Of a stretch of DNA of 33,023 nt, positions 1-12,463 are shown piece after piece (position 1 is the stretch's first letter; every line of letters starts with the position of its first letter). Below the pieces are notes generated by a model that was not told the DNA's origin, did not search any database, and saw only the letters and a list, made by a program, of their open reading frames with translations. The position numbers were made by a program, and so were the translations under genes. The stretch is from contig NW_021832675.1 in assembly GCF_006345805.1 (NCBI RefSeq), positions 1 through 33,023 of the forward strand, read 5' to 3'. Source of the stretch: Octopus sinensis. Lineage: Eukaryota.

Positions 1-83
1 AAAAACGAGACAGTAACATAAAGAACAATCCCTTCAATCATTGTCTGTCTACTACTGTCTTATCTACTCCGCATTTCGAGCGT

Positions 84-114
<31 letters not shown>

Positions 115-1076
115 AGAGAGACAGAGGGAAGAGGGATGGAAAGAGAGGGTGGAAGAGAGAGAAAGAGAGAAAGAAAAAGAGAAAGAGAGATGGGAGAATG
201 TTAGTTCTGGTGGGGATTGTTTAGAACCTGAATCAAGAAAGACAACGAAAGAATCTGTTGCAGCGGTCTTTTGCATTTAGTGAACGCAATTTTCCCCGTT
301 ACTAAAATAACAGAATACTGGAAATGATGACAACATTGAATAACAGACTACCTTCTGCATCCCATCTTTTTGCCAAACTGCTTAGGCATGCTGACGTAAA
401 AAAAAAAACTCAACACAAAGACAAACAAACACACACGCACACACACACATACCTAATCCCTGCGATTAGGGAGGCAAATTTAGATCTTATGGTATGTAGA
501 GATACTGTCAGTAAATTTGAAGTCATCGGGGCAAATTCTAGCCAAACCGCTAGATACTACGCATTCTTCAATAAACTGTATATAGAATATCATACAACCT
601 GTTGATACATCTATCCTCGTTTATCACGGATATTTGGTTTAAAAAAACACTGTGTTAAGTGAATCAGTGATAAATTAATAATTGAACATAGAAGGAAAAT
701 AGGTTTCGTTCGGAGATCCCAAGTTGTCCTGAGCATTATGAATTGTTGTTGGGTCTGTTCTGCGGTCAAAGCAGAATATTTGACAAATCAACTACACGTG
801 TTATCACAGATTAATTCGTGATGTGCGTAACACGATTTACAGTTGAGCGTAACGTGTTATCCCGGATCAGTGGCTAATGTATCAGTGATAAACATGGATA
901 AATATACTTAAGTTGTATACGAAAAATCAAATCAACCGGATGGTATCTATTCTTCTCTACCAATGTTCAAATAACCAGTTGACACTTCGCTTCCACAAGG
1001 TCACACATGGAAGACCAAACAGTTGTTGACACTCATTTTGCTCAAGGTTTTATGTGAAAGTCTATTCAATATTCAA

Positions 1077-1670
1077 TACTCTTTTCTACTCCAGGCACAA
1101 AGCCCGAAATTTGGGGGGAGGGGACCTGTCGATTAGATCGACCCCAGTACGCAACTGGTACTTAATTTATCGATCCCGAAAGGATGAAAGGCAAAGTCGA
1201 CCTCGGCGGAATTTGAACTCAGAATTTTAAGACAGAAGAAATACCCATTTCTTTACTACCCACAAGGGGCTAAACACAGAGGGGACAAACAAGGACAGAC
1301 AAAAGGGATTAAGTCGATTACATTGACCCCAGTGCGTAACTGGTACTTATTTAATTGACCCCGAAAGGATGAAAGGCAAAGTCAACCTCGGCGTAATTTG
1401 AACTCAGAACGTTAAGCCAGACGAAATACCTATTTCTTTATTGCCCACAAGGGGCTAAACACAGAGGGGACAAACAAGGACAGACAAAGGGATTAAGTCG
1501 ATTACATCGACCCCAGTGCATAACTGGTACTTAACTTATCGACCCCGAAAGGATGGAAGGCAAAGTCGACCTCGGCGGAATTTGAACTCAGAACATACCG
1601 GCAGACGAAAGACGAAATACCTGCAAGTATTTCGCCCGACGTGCTAACGTTTCTGCCAGCTCGCCGCCTT
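1077..1670 (-). mobile_element. tRNA-derived SINE (family B), tandem multimer: one copy with head plus two head-less ~185-bp units
   Basis: Three repeats of rc(gaggtcgactttgcctttcatcctttcggggtcgataaattaagtaccagtt); units 1077-1245, 1246-1430 and 1431-1621, then a single head (to 1670) matching the full copy at 29706-29940. Confidence 0.9.
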
Positions 1671-1694
1671 TCAATATTCAATATTGGTGTATTC

Positions 1695-1800
1695 GAAGGC
1701 TGCGAGCAAGCAGAATTGTTAAGCACACCAGGCGAAATCATTAGCGGCATTTCGTCCCTCTTTACGTTTTGAGTTCAAACTCCACCGAGGTCGACTTTCT
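1695..1800 (+). mobile_element. SINE family B 5' fragment (head with A/B-box-like motifs), head-to-head with the multimer
   Basis: gaaggctgcgagcaagcagaattgttaagcac...gagttcaaactccaccgaggtcgacttt aligns to the 5' half of 29706-29940. Confidence 0.8.
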
Positions 1801-2405
1801 CACCTTGTATCAAAATTTGAAACAAATATTCGTGTATTCGTAAGTTTCTCAATTATGTATGGAAGCCCAGACAACCTAATAGCAAGTATTCTTCTCAAGA
1901 CTGAGTGGTAGATGCTCGTTTAACACCCTCCACGTGGTTCAAAAAATCGTAAGAAGAATTCCTATTCTATTGCAAGTTGTCGTTTGTGAAAATAACGGGC
2001 CATGTTTGTTGTCGTTCATCACCTAAGTAAACTATGAAAAACTATGGAAGTCCAGTAAATCTATTCCATAAACTCTGGTGATACTGGAGTGATTTCTCTG
2101 AGATGTTTATGGAAGCCCAGATTCACGCTGTGCCTCATTAATTTCTAGTTGATATATGGAAGAACAAACACTACAATGCTACTTTTTTCTTTTCAAGATT
2201 GTTGATTCTGACCGGAAATTACGGAGGTGCAGGTAGTAAAGTAAAGGGAAAACATCGCCACCGGAAACTAAGACCCTTTCCTAGATTCACATACACAAAC
2301 ACTCACACAACATAATGATTACATACACACATTTTCACGCACATACACAAATACACACACACTCGCACACACGTCATACACATATTATCAGGCACATACA
2401 TGCAC

Positions 2406-2540
<135 letters not shown>

Positions 2541-2933
2541 TACGCCAGCACGCACACACATGCACTCACACGCACACACACACACACCCACACATAACAA
2601 AATTATATATTCTCGCATGCACCCACGCAAACATTTTAGACATGTTCACACATGACATGCGAACACGTAGACACACACGCACACAGACACGCACACACAC
2701 ACGCACACACACGTACACACATACATGTATACACACACACACACACGTATACACAGAGGGAGTAGGTATATCTGTTGAACATGAATATTTATTTCTCCCA
2801 CGCACTAATGCGATAAATTGAGCCAGTTGATTTCATAATTAAGAGATATTTATCAATGGAAACAATATACACGGAAGGGAAATGGCTGCGATGGCTCTCA
2901 TCACTTTCCGAAGGGGCGTAAGCGAAACAAGAA

Positions 2934-2990
<57 letters not shown>

Positions 2991-3073
2991 CATACATACA
3001 TACATACATACATACATACATACATACATACATACACAGAAACATACAAATAAATATAAGTGAATATATATAT

Positions 3074-3121
<48 letters not shown>
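2934..3121. repeat. Compound microsatellite (CA)n(TA)n(TACA)n ... (AGAT)n
   Basis: Directly visible. Confidence 0.95.
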
Positions 3122-3122
<1 letters not shown>

Positions 3123-3486
3123 CTCTTTTACTTGTTTCAGTCATCTGACTGCGGCCAGTCGAGCAAATCGACCCCAGGACTCATTCTTTGTAAGCTTAGT
3201 ACTTATTCTATCGGTCTATTTTGCCGAACCACTAAGTTTCGGGGACGTAAACACACCAGCATTGGTTGTCAAGCGATGTTGGAGGGACAAACACAGACAC
3301 AGAAACACATACACACACATACATATATATATATACATATACATATATACAACAGGCTTCTTTCAGTTTCCGTCTACCAAATCCACTCACAAGGCTTTGG
3401 TCGGCCCTAGGCAATAGTAGAAGACACTCGACCAAGGTGCCACGCAGTGGGACAGAACCCGGAACCATGTGGTTGATAAGCAAGCT
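3121..3486 (-). mobile_element. tRNA-derived SINE (family A), 5'-truncated
   Basis: Reverse complement of the 8639-9040 copy, from the tail tactcttttacttgtttcagtca to aaccatgtggttgataagcaagct. Confidence 0.9.
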
Positions 3487-3499
3487 AAGTGAATATATT

Positions 3500-3500
3500 T

Positions 3501-3594
<94 letters not shown>

Positions 3595-3595
3595 G

Positions 3596-3638
<43 letters not shown>

Positions 3639-3639
3639 G

Positions 3640-3710
<71 letters not shown>
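3500..3710. repeat. (AGAT)n array of ~210 bp with two GATG variant units
   Basis: Directly visible. Confidence 0.95.
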
Positions 3711-4602
3711 GCATGAATAGATTTGTACATATTTACGCATGTATGTTTATAACTCTTGTATCCCTCATTCTGTTTCCGACTGATAGACATATGTGTGTGG
3801 GGGTGGTGTGTGTGCATGCGTGCGTGTGAATGTGTGTAGGTTCCTGTGTGCGTGAGTGTGTGTGCGTGTGCATGTACGAGTATGCGTGCACACACACATA
3901 CACATACACACACGGACACACCTACGCATACGCGCACGCGCACACATACACACACACACCTACGTAAGAGAAATCAACATAGTTGACACCACCAAATCTG
4001 TTCGGTAGCTGTAAGCTTGTCTGGCGGGAGTGGCCCCTTAATCTGTATTGACAAGGAAAACACGACCACGTAGAACCTCTGTATATGTGTGTGTGTGTGG
4101 TGTGTGTGCGTGTGTGTGTGTGGTGTGGTGGTGTGGTGTGTGTGAGGTGTGGGTTGTGTGTGTGTGTTAAGATGATGGGGTGGGGGTGGGGATACTAAGT
4201 GTGTGCGATGAGTGAAGGAATGATAGAATTAGATTTGGTTGTGTTTGCTTAGCGGAAGATCTTTTTTAACTGAGCCGCTTCCGGTCTGCCACTTTCGTTC
4301 ACTACCTCTCTACCCCCCTCTCTCTCTGTGTCTCTCTCTCTCGCTTTCTTCCCCTCTCTCTCCATCCTACTTCCTCTCCTTTTCCCTCTCTCTCTCTCTG
4401 TATATATATGTATGTGTACAGAGCGTGATATATGTGTGTGTGTGTGCATATGTGTATGTGTATACACACACATACATACACATATATATATATACATATA
4501 CATACACACATACATCCATATATATATATATATATACATACACACATACATCCATATATACACACATACATATATATATATATATATTTTATATTATATA
4601 TA

Positions 4603-4643
<41 letters not shown>

Positions 4644-4789
4644 CACACATACATCCATACATACACACACATACATACACACACATACATACATACATAC
4701 ATACATACATACATACATACATACATACATACATACATACATACATACACATATATATACATATATAAACTTAATATGTCTGAATAATT

Positions 4790-4855
4790 AAGTGGTCCAG
4801 GTTTCGATTCCACTGTAGGACATATTGTGCAAATCTCACTTTCTATATCTCCAGA
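4790..4855 (+). mobile_element. Degenerate SINE family A head fragment
   Basis: gtggtccaggtttcgattccactgtaggacatattgtgcaaat resembles atggttccgggttcagtcccactgcgtggcatcttgggcaagt. Confidence 0.45.
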
Positions 4856-4961
4856 CTAATGTCTCCTATCTTACTCTCACCCTTATTCTCTGTTTCTACT
4901 TTTCATATTCATCTTGTCTATCTTACTCTCTCTCTCTCACTGGCTTTTGATTTATATTTCA

Positions 4962-5091
<130 letters not shown>

Positions 5092-5610
5092 TTACGTCTT
5101 TCACTTTCCTTATTGATCTATCTCTCGATATCTCGAATATATCTATGTATCTATTTACCTGTCTAAACACACATACACAAACATATATAGCAGGCAACAT
5201 AGGTTGGTGCTAAGAGAGAGACATGAATAGCTGTAGAACGGTATCTTTTCTGGAACTGGCGTTGAAGCTGATCCAAATACAACCCAAAAATCTGTGGAAA
5301 AATCATCCTGAACGTTTCCAGCTGCACATCATGGAAGCTGATGAACGACCCAGGTGCCACACATATTGTAACATCAACCACCTGAGGGTCTCCAGCAGGA
5401 GTAACAACAACAACAACGACAGTAATATCAGTAAATTTAGTACACTAATACCGAGAAACAAGAGAAGAATGTCGACGGAGGAAGCAGCAGAGAAATGGCT
5501 TCTCTAGAAAAAACAACACTAACACCTACAACACATTTGCAAACACGTCTGGTTCTTTTATTAGAGGCACCCTTCATGTTACGGTTGCTTCTGCTGCTGC
5601 TGCTAACGGT

Positions 5611-5990
5611 CATCATCATCATCATTTTTCGACCGTGGTCGAGACAATGGAATTTACCATGCTACGCCAGACTTCACGGTCCATCATAGCATTACGGAGG
5701 TCCTGTTGCTGGATGCCTGTATCCCTGGAGATTACATCAGGGTAGGAGAGTGTGCGCCCTCTGGTGTTGCGAGCAGATGGCTTCCAGAGGAGAAGAGTAG
5801 AAATTGCCTCGTTTCCAGCTCTACAACAATGTCCAGCAAACTGGACTTTCCTACCTTTCACAAGAGATGACACAGGTGGTAGTTTCCCATATATTTGCAT
5901 TTTGGTTGGATGACGCTTACACGAGAGATTTTGAGCTCTCATAAGGAGGCGAGTGTAGGTTCCATCCAACCGCCTCTCAAGCTTCTTTGA
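5611..5990 (-). mobile_element. 5'-truncated RTE-clade (RTE-X-like) LINE 3' end with (TGA)n tail and 7-bp TSD
   Basis: ORF 5622-6047(-) contains LSKKLERRLDGTYTRLLMRAQN...VQFAGHCCR...LLLWKP...RGR...YPDVISRDTG...MMDREVWR, typical of the RTE ORF C-terminus. Tail (cat)n at 5611-5625. TAACGGT is repeated at 5604-5610 and 5991-5997. Confidence 0.85.
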
Positions 5991-6429
5991 TAACGGTAAT
6001 GCTACTGGTGATGCCTGTATAAACGGTGGATGCTGAATTAGTATCATTGATAGAGCTGATGCAATAGCATTTTAATCAGCTTCTTCAAGGTTCTGTACTA
6101 ACCCTGATTAAAATCACTATATTTTTACTACCGGGAAGAACAATATACATGCATATGTATGTACGCTTTGAAATGCTTTCCAAAATATACACACACTTCA
6201 TTTTCATGACTCCAAGGAAGTTACAGGCTGTTCCACAAGCACTCAGCTCTGAGTGCGTAGCTTCTTATAACAGAAACGTGTCTGAGCTAAGAAAGATGAT
6301 TAGGTGACTCTTGTTTCTTTGGCATTCATTAAAAGCATACATAATTGATTTTTATTCACATTAATGTTGGCAAATTTGTGCAAACATTTAGCTGAAGTAA
6401 TGGGTGCCTATGTGGATTTGATACAGGAG

Positions 6430-6753
6430 TGTGTGCGATTACACTGTATGATGTGTGTATGTGTGTGTGTGTTTATGTATGTATGAATGCATGTATGTAT
6501 ATATGTGCGTTTGTATGTACGTATGTATGTGTGTGTACGAGTGTGTGGGTATGTATGCATGCATGTATGCATATATGTATGTATGTGTGTTTGTATGTAT
6601 GCGTGTATGAGTGGTTGTGTGTATGTATGCATGCATGAGTGCATGTATGAATAAATGCATGAATGTATGTATGAATCTATGCATGTATGTATGCATGTAT
6701 GTCTGTGTGGTTTATGTATGTGTATACTTATGTATGTGTGTATTCATGTATGC

Positions 6754-6796
<43 letters not shown>

Positions 6797-6860
6797 ATAT
6801 ATATGTATGCATGCATGCATGAATGTATGTATGAATGCATGCATGAATTTATGTATGAAT
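6430..6860. repeat. Degenerate (TG)/(TATG)/(TA) low-complexity region
   Basis: Directly visible. Confidence 0.9.
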
Positions 6861-7242
6861 ATGACTGTGTTTATACGGTCATTCAAAGAATTCAACAGAT
6901 GATAATTCAGAATATTTTACACATCTGCACTGTACCAATAATCCGCTGGATTTGGCGTACGCAAGTCAATTTGCTTCGCTTATTTCTATGAAAATATTAG
7001 TATTTTCTAATTTCTGATTACGGAGCCAAAAACGCCAGTGATAGCAAGTGCAAATCACAGTCAATAGACTGGATACAAAAAAGAAAACAAGCAATATGTT
7101 ATGCATGAATTCATCATAGATGCTCTCCTTTTGTAGATATGGGTGTATACATATACAGGAATCGTATATAGTTGCGAATTTCAATACATATAATCGGTCT
7201 TTCATTCCGGCTGCATTAGGCGCAATACAATTTTTTGACAGA

Positions 7243-7269
7243 CAGGGTGGCCCAAAAGTAGGTTTGCAG
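7243..7269 (+). mobile_element. Possible solitary Tc1/mariner-type terminal inverted repeat
   Basis: cagggtggcccaaaagtaggtttgcag resembles CAGGGTG(G/T)CC-type Tc1/mariner termini. No partner end or TA TSD was found. Confidence 0.35.
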
Positions 7270-7686
7270 TTATTACGAAGACACTTTACATTTCTTTTTA
7301 AAGCATTTTATTACATTTAAATTTCTATCATACTATATGTGTTTTTTATTTTTTTTTTTTTTTATTAAGATCTAAATTGTTTAATATATGAACGTGAAAG
7401 AGATAGTTGAATAACTGAAAAGCTTACTTTCCGGCCGCCCTGAATTTAGAGATCTAAAAAAAAACGCGCACTATACGCCGGCAAATACGCTAATTTTCAA
7501 TTGTGATGTATCATAGACCAAAATATTGGTCAGATCTAATTTCTTAAATGTAAAAATAACAAAAATGCTCTTTATACCAATTCAATAATTTCACGCGTTA
7601 AGTGCAACGAGAAAAAAAATTCAGAAAGATGATGCAATCAATTTAAAATTACTCTGGGGCATGACTGGTACATTTTTATATATATA

Positions 7687-7995
7687 CTAGCACTTATGAC
7701 CCGGCAGTGCATGCATATACAGCTGCGTGCATGCATAACATGCAGCGCGAGTAATGTCCAAATCTCTGACCAATCACATACAGCTAGCTGGCATTCAATT
7801 GGCGTATCAAGTTTCGGGCATTTTGATTGGGTTTTGGATAGAAAATTCACAAAAAAGTCACTTCTATTCATTTTTTTAATGGCTCTGGACGGTTTTGAAT
7901 GACCATAGAAAGTGCGAGCTCTCTAACTGAAAAATTGCGGATTTGTATAAAGGACACACACGTAGACATTTTGCCGTTTATGTATATATATATAT
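7687..7995 (-). mobile_element. Non-autonomous Helitron, decayed copy
   Basis: Minus strand begins (at)n-cataaacggcaaaatgtctacgtgtgtgt (cf. tataaacggcagtttgtctgtgtgtg at ~16700) and ends ctgccgggtcataagtgCTAG|T. Only half of the 3' hairpin survives. Confidence 0.65.
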
Positions 7996-8134
7996 ATGCA
8001 CCATAGGCTGTATGAAATACAACATCAATGAAATCAAAGGATTTTAACCATCGACGACAAAGTGTTGCTATGCATTTAGTCTTTTAGCATATTATTATTT
8101 TTTTTCTCCTGTAATTCCATTCATAACAATTATA

Positions 8135-8199
8135 CCAACAACAACAACAGCAACACCAACGATAAAAACAACATTAATAATAATAATAATAATAATAAC

Positions 8200-8242
<43 letters not shown>

Positions 8243-8286
8243 GCAGCAACAACAACAGCAACAACAACAGCACCAACAGTAGTAGC

Positions 8287-8323
<37 letters not shown>

Positions 8324-8331
8324 TGGTGGTG

Positions 8332-8379
<48 letters not shown>

Positions 8380-8384
8380 TGGTG

Positions 8385-8432
<48 letters not shown>
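8135..8432. repeat. Trinucleotide arrays (AAC/AAT)n, (CAG/CAA)n, (TAG)n with two (TGG)n inserts
   Basis: Directly visible. Confidence 0.95.
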
Positions 8433-8638
8433 ATTACATGAATATTTATAGAAGCTTTTCCTTGGGATCATTATAATAAAACCGATTTGACATGATAGAA
8501 TATAATTACTTAGTGTGACTAATAGTATTAGTAGTATAGTATCTGGAGTCGTCCAATTAATCTCGTGACTTCTCTGGCAAATACGTAAATTGGTAAAAGT
8601 AAATGTTTAAGTCAAAGAGCAAATAACATAAGTAAATA

Positions 8639-9040
8639 GGCGCAGGAGTGGCTGTGTGGTAAGTAGCTTGCTAACCAACCACATGGTTCCGGGTTCAGTC
8701 CCACTGCGTGGCATCTTGGGCAAGTGTCTTCTGCTATAGCCTCGGGCCGACCAAAGCCTTGTGAGTGGATTTAGTAGACGGAAACTGAAAGAAGCCTGTC
8801 GTATATATGTATATATATGTATGTATGTGTGTGTTTGTGTGTCTGTGTTTGTCCCCTTAGCATTGCTTGACAACCGATGCTGGTGTGTTTACGTCCCCGT
8901 CACTTAGCGGTTCGGCAAAAGAGACCGATAGAATAAGTACTGGGCTTACAAAGAATAAGTCCCGGGGTCGATTTGCTCGACTAAAGGCGGTGCTCCAGCA
9001 TGGCCGCAGTCAAATGACTGAAACAAGTAAAAGAGTAAAA
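8639..9040 (+). mobile_element. Full-length tRNA-derived SINE (family A)
   Basis: Head ggcgcaggagTGGCTGTGTGGtaag (A-box-like) ... GGTTCAGTCCC (B-box-like), internal (TA/TG) tract, and tail gactgaaacaagtaaaagagtaaaa. At least six other copies occur in the window. Confidence 0.92.
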
Positions 9041-9962
9041 AGGGTAAATAACATAAATAACATAAATAAATAAAAGAAAGTAGTCGCTAAAAATATTGAA
9101 TAAATGGCGAACTGTCTTGAATGATGTGTATTGTAGTGTATTTGATATTCGTTATGTAATAAATTGTTTGGTTACATAATAAGAGCATGCGTATTTTAAA
9201 AGATGTATGTATGCAGGTATGTCTGTTTGCAAGTAAGTATATATGATGTATGTGTGTGTTTGTCGTTTTAATCCCTTAAAATTTTCCTGTACGGAAGGAG
9301 TTGATTTCTAACAAAGAAACAAACTGCAATCACTGGAATTTGGATAATAATATCGTTATGAGTATATAATTAATTTTAGGGAAGTTTTGCATATTTTTAA
9401 TCGTCTCTCTAACAGGCTTTATTTGTAAATTACGTGTTAGCTGGTCGTTTTCTTTGCCTGAGAATTCTAGCTTTTCCAGATTGTCGCTCAAGCATTTATT
9501 AACATAATACAATGCGCCAAAGACTATTGATATGCCTGTGAATTCAAAATCAGAGTGAAGAATTTACCGTTTTCGAAGTAGATGCCTATAAATATTCTCG
9601 TTCTTACTGATTTTCAAAGAGATGCACATATCTGCTCGGAAACAGACTTCTATAACTGTACATGATATTTCATTTTTGTCCAAAAAGATATATTACGCCC
9701 ATATGTCTGAGTATGTATGTATGATTTTAAATTAAGTTCTTCTTGAGAGAGTTCAAGCCGGTCGCTAACACAGTGACAAAACGTACTAAGTTAAGAGAAT
9801 TTCCGGTGTCTGTAAATTCGTGGTTGAGTTGGTGTGTTAGTTGAACTGCCGATGTATACACCCAAGTTTGTGCATCTATTTACATAAGAATCTCGTGGAT
9901 ATGTGTGTATGTTTGCATGTATGTATGTATGTATGTATGTATGTATGTATGTATGTATGTCA

Positions 9963-10291
9963 TTATTACCTCCGGAGGTATTGTTTTCAGTCGTGTTTGT
10001 TTGTTTGTTTGTCCGTAGACAAGATATTTCAATGGATTCAGATGAAACTTTCAGGGAACTGATTAGATTTTGGGATCAATCCGGAACCGGACAAGGATTC
10101 TAGATTATTTCTGCTGTTTTTTTTTTTTCTTAATTTTTGAGAGCGGTCGGATTCATTTTTAGTATTCTCGTTTGTGAGAGCAGCTGAGTTTATTTCAGAT
10201 ATTCTCATTTTAAAAAATTATCTCCAGCTAATCGTTGAGAGGGCGTTGGTGTTACCTTGGCGGAGGTTTGTGCTCTCTGAGTGCTCTTGTT
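9963..10291 (+). mobile_element. Helentron-associated (HINE/DINE-1-like) non-autonomous element
   Basis: 5' ttattACCTCCG (9968-9974), then a (GTTT)n tract; 3' ccttggCGGAGGT (10255-10267) as the inverted subterminal partner; short 3' hairpin gtgctc-tct-gagtgc (10270-10284); T-rich ends. Confidence 0.7.
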
Positions 10292-10333
10292 CAGTTTTAT
10301 TTCAAGACTTCTTGCCAATAGAGAAAGAGCTGG
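10290..10333 (+). repeat. Unclassified interspersed repeat fragment (second copy inverted at 16250-16293)
   Basis: ttcagttttatttcaagacttcttgccaatagagaaagagctgg aligns to rc(16250-16293) ttcagatgtatttgaagattttttgccgatagagaaagaacc. Confidence 0.6.
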
Positions 10334-10384
10334 TTTCTAACCAAGATCTAAGCCATTGGAATTTCAACATCAACAACAGGATAT

Positions 10385-10790
10385 GTATGCATGTATGTAT
10401 GTATGTATGTATGTATGTATGTATGTATGTATGTATGTATGTATGTATGTACGTATGTATGTATGTATACTTGCAGAATTGTATGTTTTTTCTTTTTTTG
10501 CAAAGGGAAATCGTCAAGACAATTAGTCGATCCACAAGACCATTATTCTCAGAGTTGTATGTTTTGTTTTATGCACGCCTTCTCATGCATATACTTGCAT
10601 ATCTAGACATGCTCATATATATTTAAATGATAATCTTCTGATGTATGTATGTATGTATGTATGTATGTATGTATGTATGTATGTATGTATGTATGTTTGC
10701 ATGTATGTATGTATGTGTGTATGTATGTATGTATATATGTATGTATGTATATCTATGTATGTATGCATGCATGTATGTAATGTGTATGCA
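10385..10790. repeat. (TATG)n arrays (10385-10470, 10640-10790); another lies at 9915-9960
   Basis: Directly visible. Confidence 0.9.
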
Positions 10791-11221
10791 TGTAAGACTT
10801 TAAACTACATCTGGTAGCGGGGCTCGGGTACAGAGCGCCAAGGTTCTGAGAGGCGTGGAACCACCTCTTAACCAGTATTGTTCCTAGGTCTACTCTGACC
10901 CAGAGTAGTATCACCTGCCAGGGTCCCAGATACTGGTTAACTAACGTGTGAATCACTAGGAACGAAGGATTCCTGGATCTCAGAACTTCCTTCTGGGAGG
11001 ACGTAAACGCATGTAAAAAAAATCTGAAGTGCAATTGGTTTCTGGTCCTTTCAGCCTCTGTTGTGCCACTTGTTTCATAGCTGATTGCCTTGAAGTATAC
11101 TATGCAACAATTTATCCACTCAAAACAAATTACCCGCGTAGGAAGTTCTTGGACATTTGAAACATTTGCGTAGACTTGCTGAGTTATTCAATAACGAGTT
11201 GACTTCTACCATCTGTGTATG

Positions 11222-12450
11222 CAAACGCCCAGAAAAAAGTGAGATTCTGTGAAAATGACAATTAATTATAGGTTTTCAAAAATATCTGATCATCATTTGA
11301 TACAGAGAACATACGTGGAGTGTTTGAGAGGATAATGAAGGACATCGACCCAGCCATGAGCCAGACAGCGTCCCTGAAAACCGTTATAGGTAAGGCCATC
11401 AAAAACGAAATCAAGCAGATGGAAGGATGAGTAGATCACTACTCCAATCTCTACTCCACAGAAAATACCATCTTGTATTGTATGCTTGACACCATTGAAT
11501 GTCTAGCAGTGATGAAAGAACAAGATGCATTTCCAACTGCTGAAGAGCAGAGTAAAGCCATTGACTGCTTCCTGCTGGCAAGCTACCGACGGGATCGGAT
11601 CGTATTCCTCCAGAAACAATCACGTTTACAAAGGATTTACTGTTACGTCATCTAGACAAACTACTGAGTCACTGTTGAAATGAAGGCGCAGCGCAGTGCT
11701 GCAGGAAATGGGAGGCTGGAATATTGTTACTTTGTACAAGAACAAAGGGGACAGAAGCGATTGCAGCAGTTATGGAGCAATCTTTTCACTGGGCATCGTT
11801 GAAACGTTCTTCATTCACTTAGACCTAAAGTCAACGAAGACTGTTCAGAATATCGTAGAACACGAAGAAAGAAGAACATTAAGAATATCGCAGAAAATTA
11901 ATACTCTGAGATTCAGTGCTGTTTCAGATCAGAAGGTTCAGCAATTTACATGAGAAATTTCAAGGAAAATACTGAGAACAAGGATAACTAATTGATATCG
12001 CTTTCATTGATTTCAAAAAAAAAAAAAAACGTAAGCCTTCTTAGTAGAGACAGCTTGTTAAAAATCCTTGCGAAAATTGGATGCCCTCAATTTTTACTAG
12101 GGTTTGTTCAGTAATTCCACACAAGTATGTAAGGCTTCAATAAGTTTGATGGTGTTTCAGAAGCGTGTGTACTTTCCCCAACTCTGGTAGGCTTCTTCGC
12201 AGCCATACTGATGCACGACTTTGGAACATCGATCTAAGTTATTTAGCTTCACATAAGATCAGACTGAAAACCACCCCGTCTGTCACCACTGTGAAATGGA
12301 GGGGAGCGAAGATCAAAATACGCGAAGAACTCATCAGAGACTGTTTGCAGATTGGTGCAACATTGGCAGCTCACTGGAGGAACAGCTGCAATACCTCGTG
12401 GACAGTCTCATAAAAACCTATAAAGGCCATGGCTTCAGAAAATGAATATT
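11222..12450 (+). pseudogene. Degraded RTE-clade (BovB-like) LINE reverse transcriptase region
   Basis: Stitched translation: DTENIRGVFERIMK...KQMEG*VDHYSNLYSTEN...LDTIECLAVMKEQDAFPTAEEQSKAID...NIVTLYKNKGDRSDCSSY...IAFIDF...SRDSLLKILAKIGCP...IREELIRDCL...LQYLVDSL. Many stops and frameshifts; the FADD core is mutated. Confidence 0.88.
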
Positions 12451-12463
12451 CTCTCCCCTAAGT

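Noticed and set aside
1-85. Possible Penelope-like terminal fragment (rc cgctcgaaatgcggagtag...attgaagggattgtt)
   Set aside because: Based only on recollection of similar repeats. It is truncated by the window edge and has no second copy or intact motif.
1077-1670. CRISPR-like array
   Set aside because: The units are ~185-bp SINE segments without unique spacers, in a eukaryotic context with no cas genes.
2905-2932. CCGAAGG-G-GC-GTAA-GC-GAAAC as a hammerhead relic
   Set aside because: Two core mismatches, a 2-bp stem II and no cleavage triplet; too weak without a family consensus.
5195-5420. Possible 3' end of another non-LTR element (AVERYLFWNWR* followed by an (AAC)n tail)
   Set aside because: The peptide similarity is too short. 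The CTGATGA at ~5338 has no downstream GAAA or stem.
7460-7492. rc tagcgtatttgccggcgtatagtgcgcg as a Tc2/pogo-like TIR
   Set aside because: A single degenerate end, with no convincing partner or TSD.
10800-10960. Additional interspersed repeat family
   Set aside because: It looks repeat-like, but has no second copy or diagnostic motif in the window.
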